From positions 192,001 to 256,000 of the forward strand of contig PSMU01000002.1 of the NCBI GenBank assembly GCA_040290255.1: a stretch of DNA of 64,000 bases, read 5' to 3'. A program made the position numbers and the translations under genes. The stretch is from Nitrososphaerota archaeon (GTDB taxonomy: Archaea; Thermoproteota; Nitrososphaeria; PSMU01). Positions 63,665 through 64,000 of this stretch are shown here, in pieces. Position 1 is the stretch's first letter, and the number at the start of each line of letters is the position of its first letter. The notes beneath the pieces were generated by a model, which searched no databases, was not told the DNA's origin, and saw only the letters and a program-made list of their open reading frames with translations.

Positions 63665-64000
63665 GTGCCTGTCAGCTTTAGCCTTGCGCTTGAGGGGGAT
63701 AAGCGGTTTGACCGGTACCTGCGCCTTCTGAAGCTGGCGGAGCGCCATGGGTTTTACAGCCTACAGCTTTACGATCATCTGCCCTTCAGGCCCGCATGGG
63801 GCCTGGCGCTGGCCCTTGCGCCCAAAGTAAAGCGAATCAGGCTGGGCCCCGTGACGATACCCGTCTTCCTTCACTCGCCCCATGAGGCGGCCAGGGAGCT
63901 GCTCCTGCTGAGCGAGCTGACAAGGGGCAAGGCCGTTTTAGGCCTGTCGAGGGGGGCCTATCATGAACTGGTGGGCGGCGGGGTGCGCAGGAGCAGACAT
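63665..64000 (+). CDS. LLM-class (luciferase-like/Mer) flavin or F420-dependent oxidoreductase, 3'-truncated; absent from ORF track
   Basis: Manual translation from GTG 63665: MPVSFSLALEGD..LAERHGFYSLQLYDH..KRIRLGPVTIP..SP..LSELTRGKAVLGLSRG. Confidence 0.88.
   Translation, partial: MPVSFSLALEGDKRFDRYLRLLKLAERHGFYSLQLYDHLPFRPAWGLALALAPKVKRIRLGPVTIPVFLHSPHEAARELLLLSELTRGKAVLGLSRGAYHELVGGGVRRSRH

Noticed and set aside
1-64000. CRISPR array, cas genes, tRNA, rRNA, SRP/RNase P RNA, IS elements, integrases
   Set aside because: No spaced direct repeats, cloverleafs, conserved RNA signatures or transposase motifs seen by eye, and few gaps are large enough. A short RNA could still be missed without Infernal or tRNAscan.

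Overview
A 64-kb, GC-rich (visually about two-thirds G+C), very gene-dense archaeal chromosomal segment. Archaeal origin is supported by ribosomal protein L35Ae, an archaeal-type LeuRS, archease, an Nre repair protein with a C-terminal PIP box, Lhr helicase, a DRG-type GTPase, archaeal Hsp20, and TATA boxes about 27-31 nt upstream of starts (leaderless-type promoters). AGG/ATA codon preference suggests a thermophile, probably TACK/Thermoproteota (inference). About 77 CDS cover housekeeping, transport and heterotrophic metabolism. I saw no rRNA, tRNA, CRISPR array or transposase. Best leads: (1) a core-MetE/OsmC/methyltransferase/rhodanese operon with a divergent ZIP gene sharing an identical 12-bp promoter element, abutting a cupin plus ferritin-like pair; (2) a DUF72-SWIM fusion with a second DUF72 and a YqgF-like gene nearby; (3) leuS, whose conserved N-terminus has no ATG/GTG/TTG (likely ATT start or a 1-nt error); (4) an orphan urocanase-family enzyme with altered active-site motifs; (5) a TusA/DsrE/TusA/Rieske/ferritin-VIT1 cluster. 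All family calls come from motif recognition by eye, not database searches. Start codons were adjusted from the ORF track using motifs and TATA spacing.
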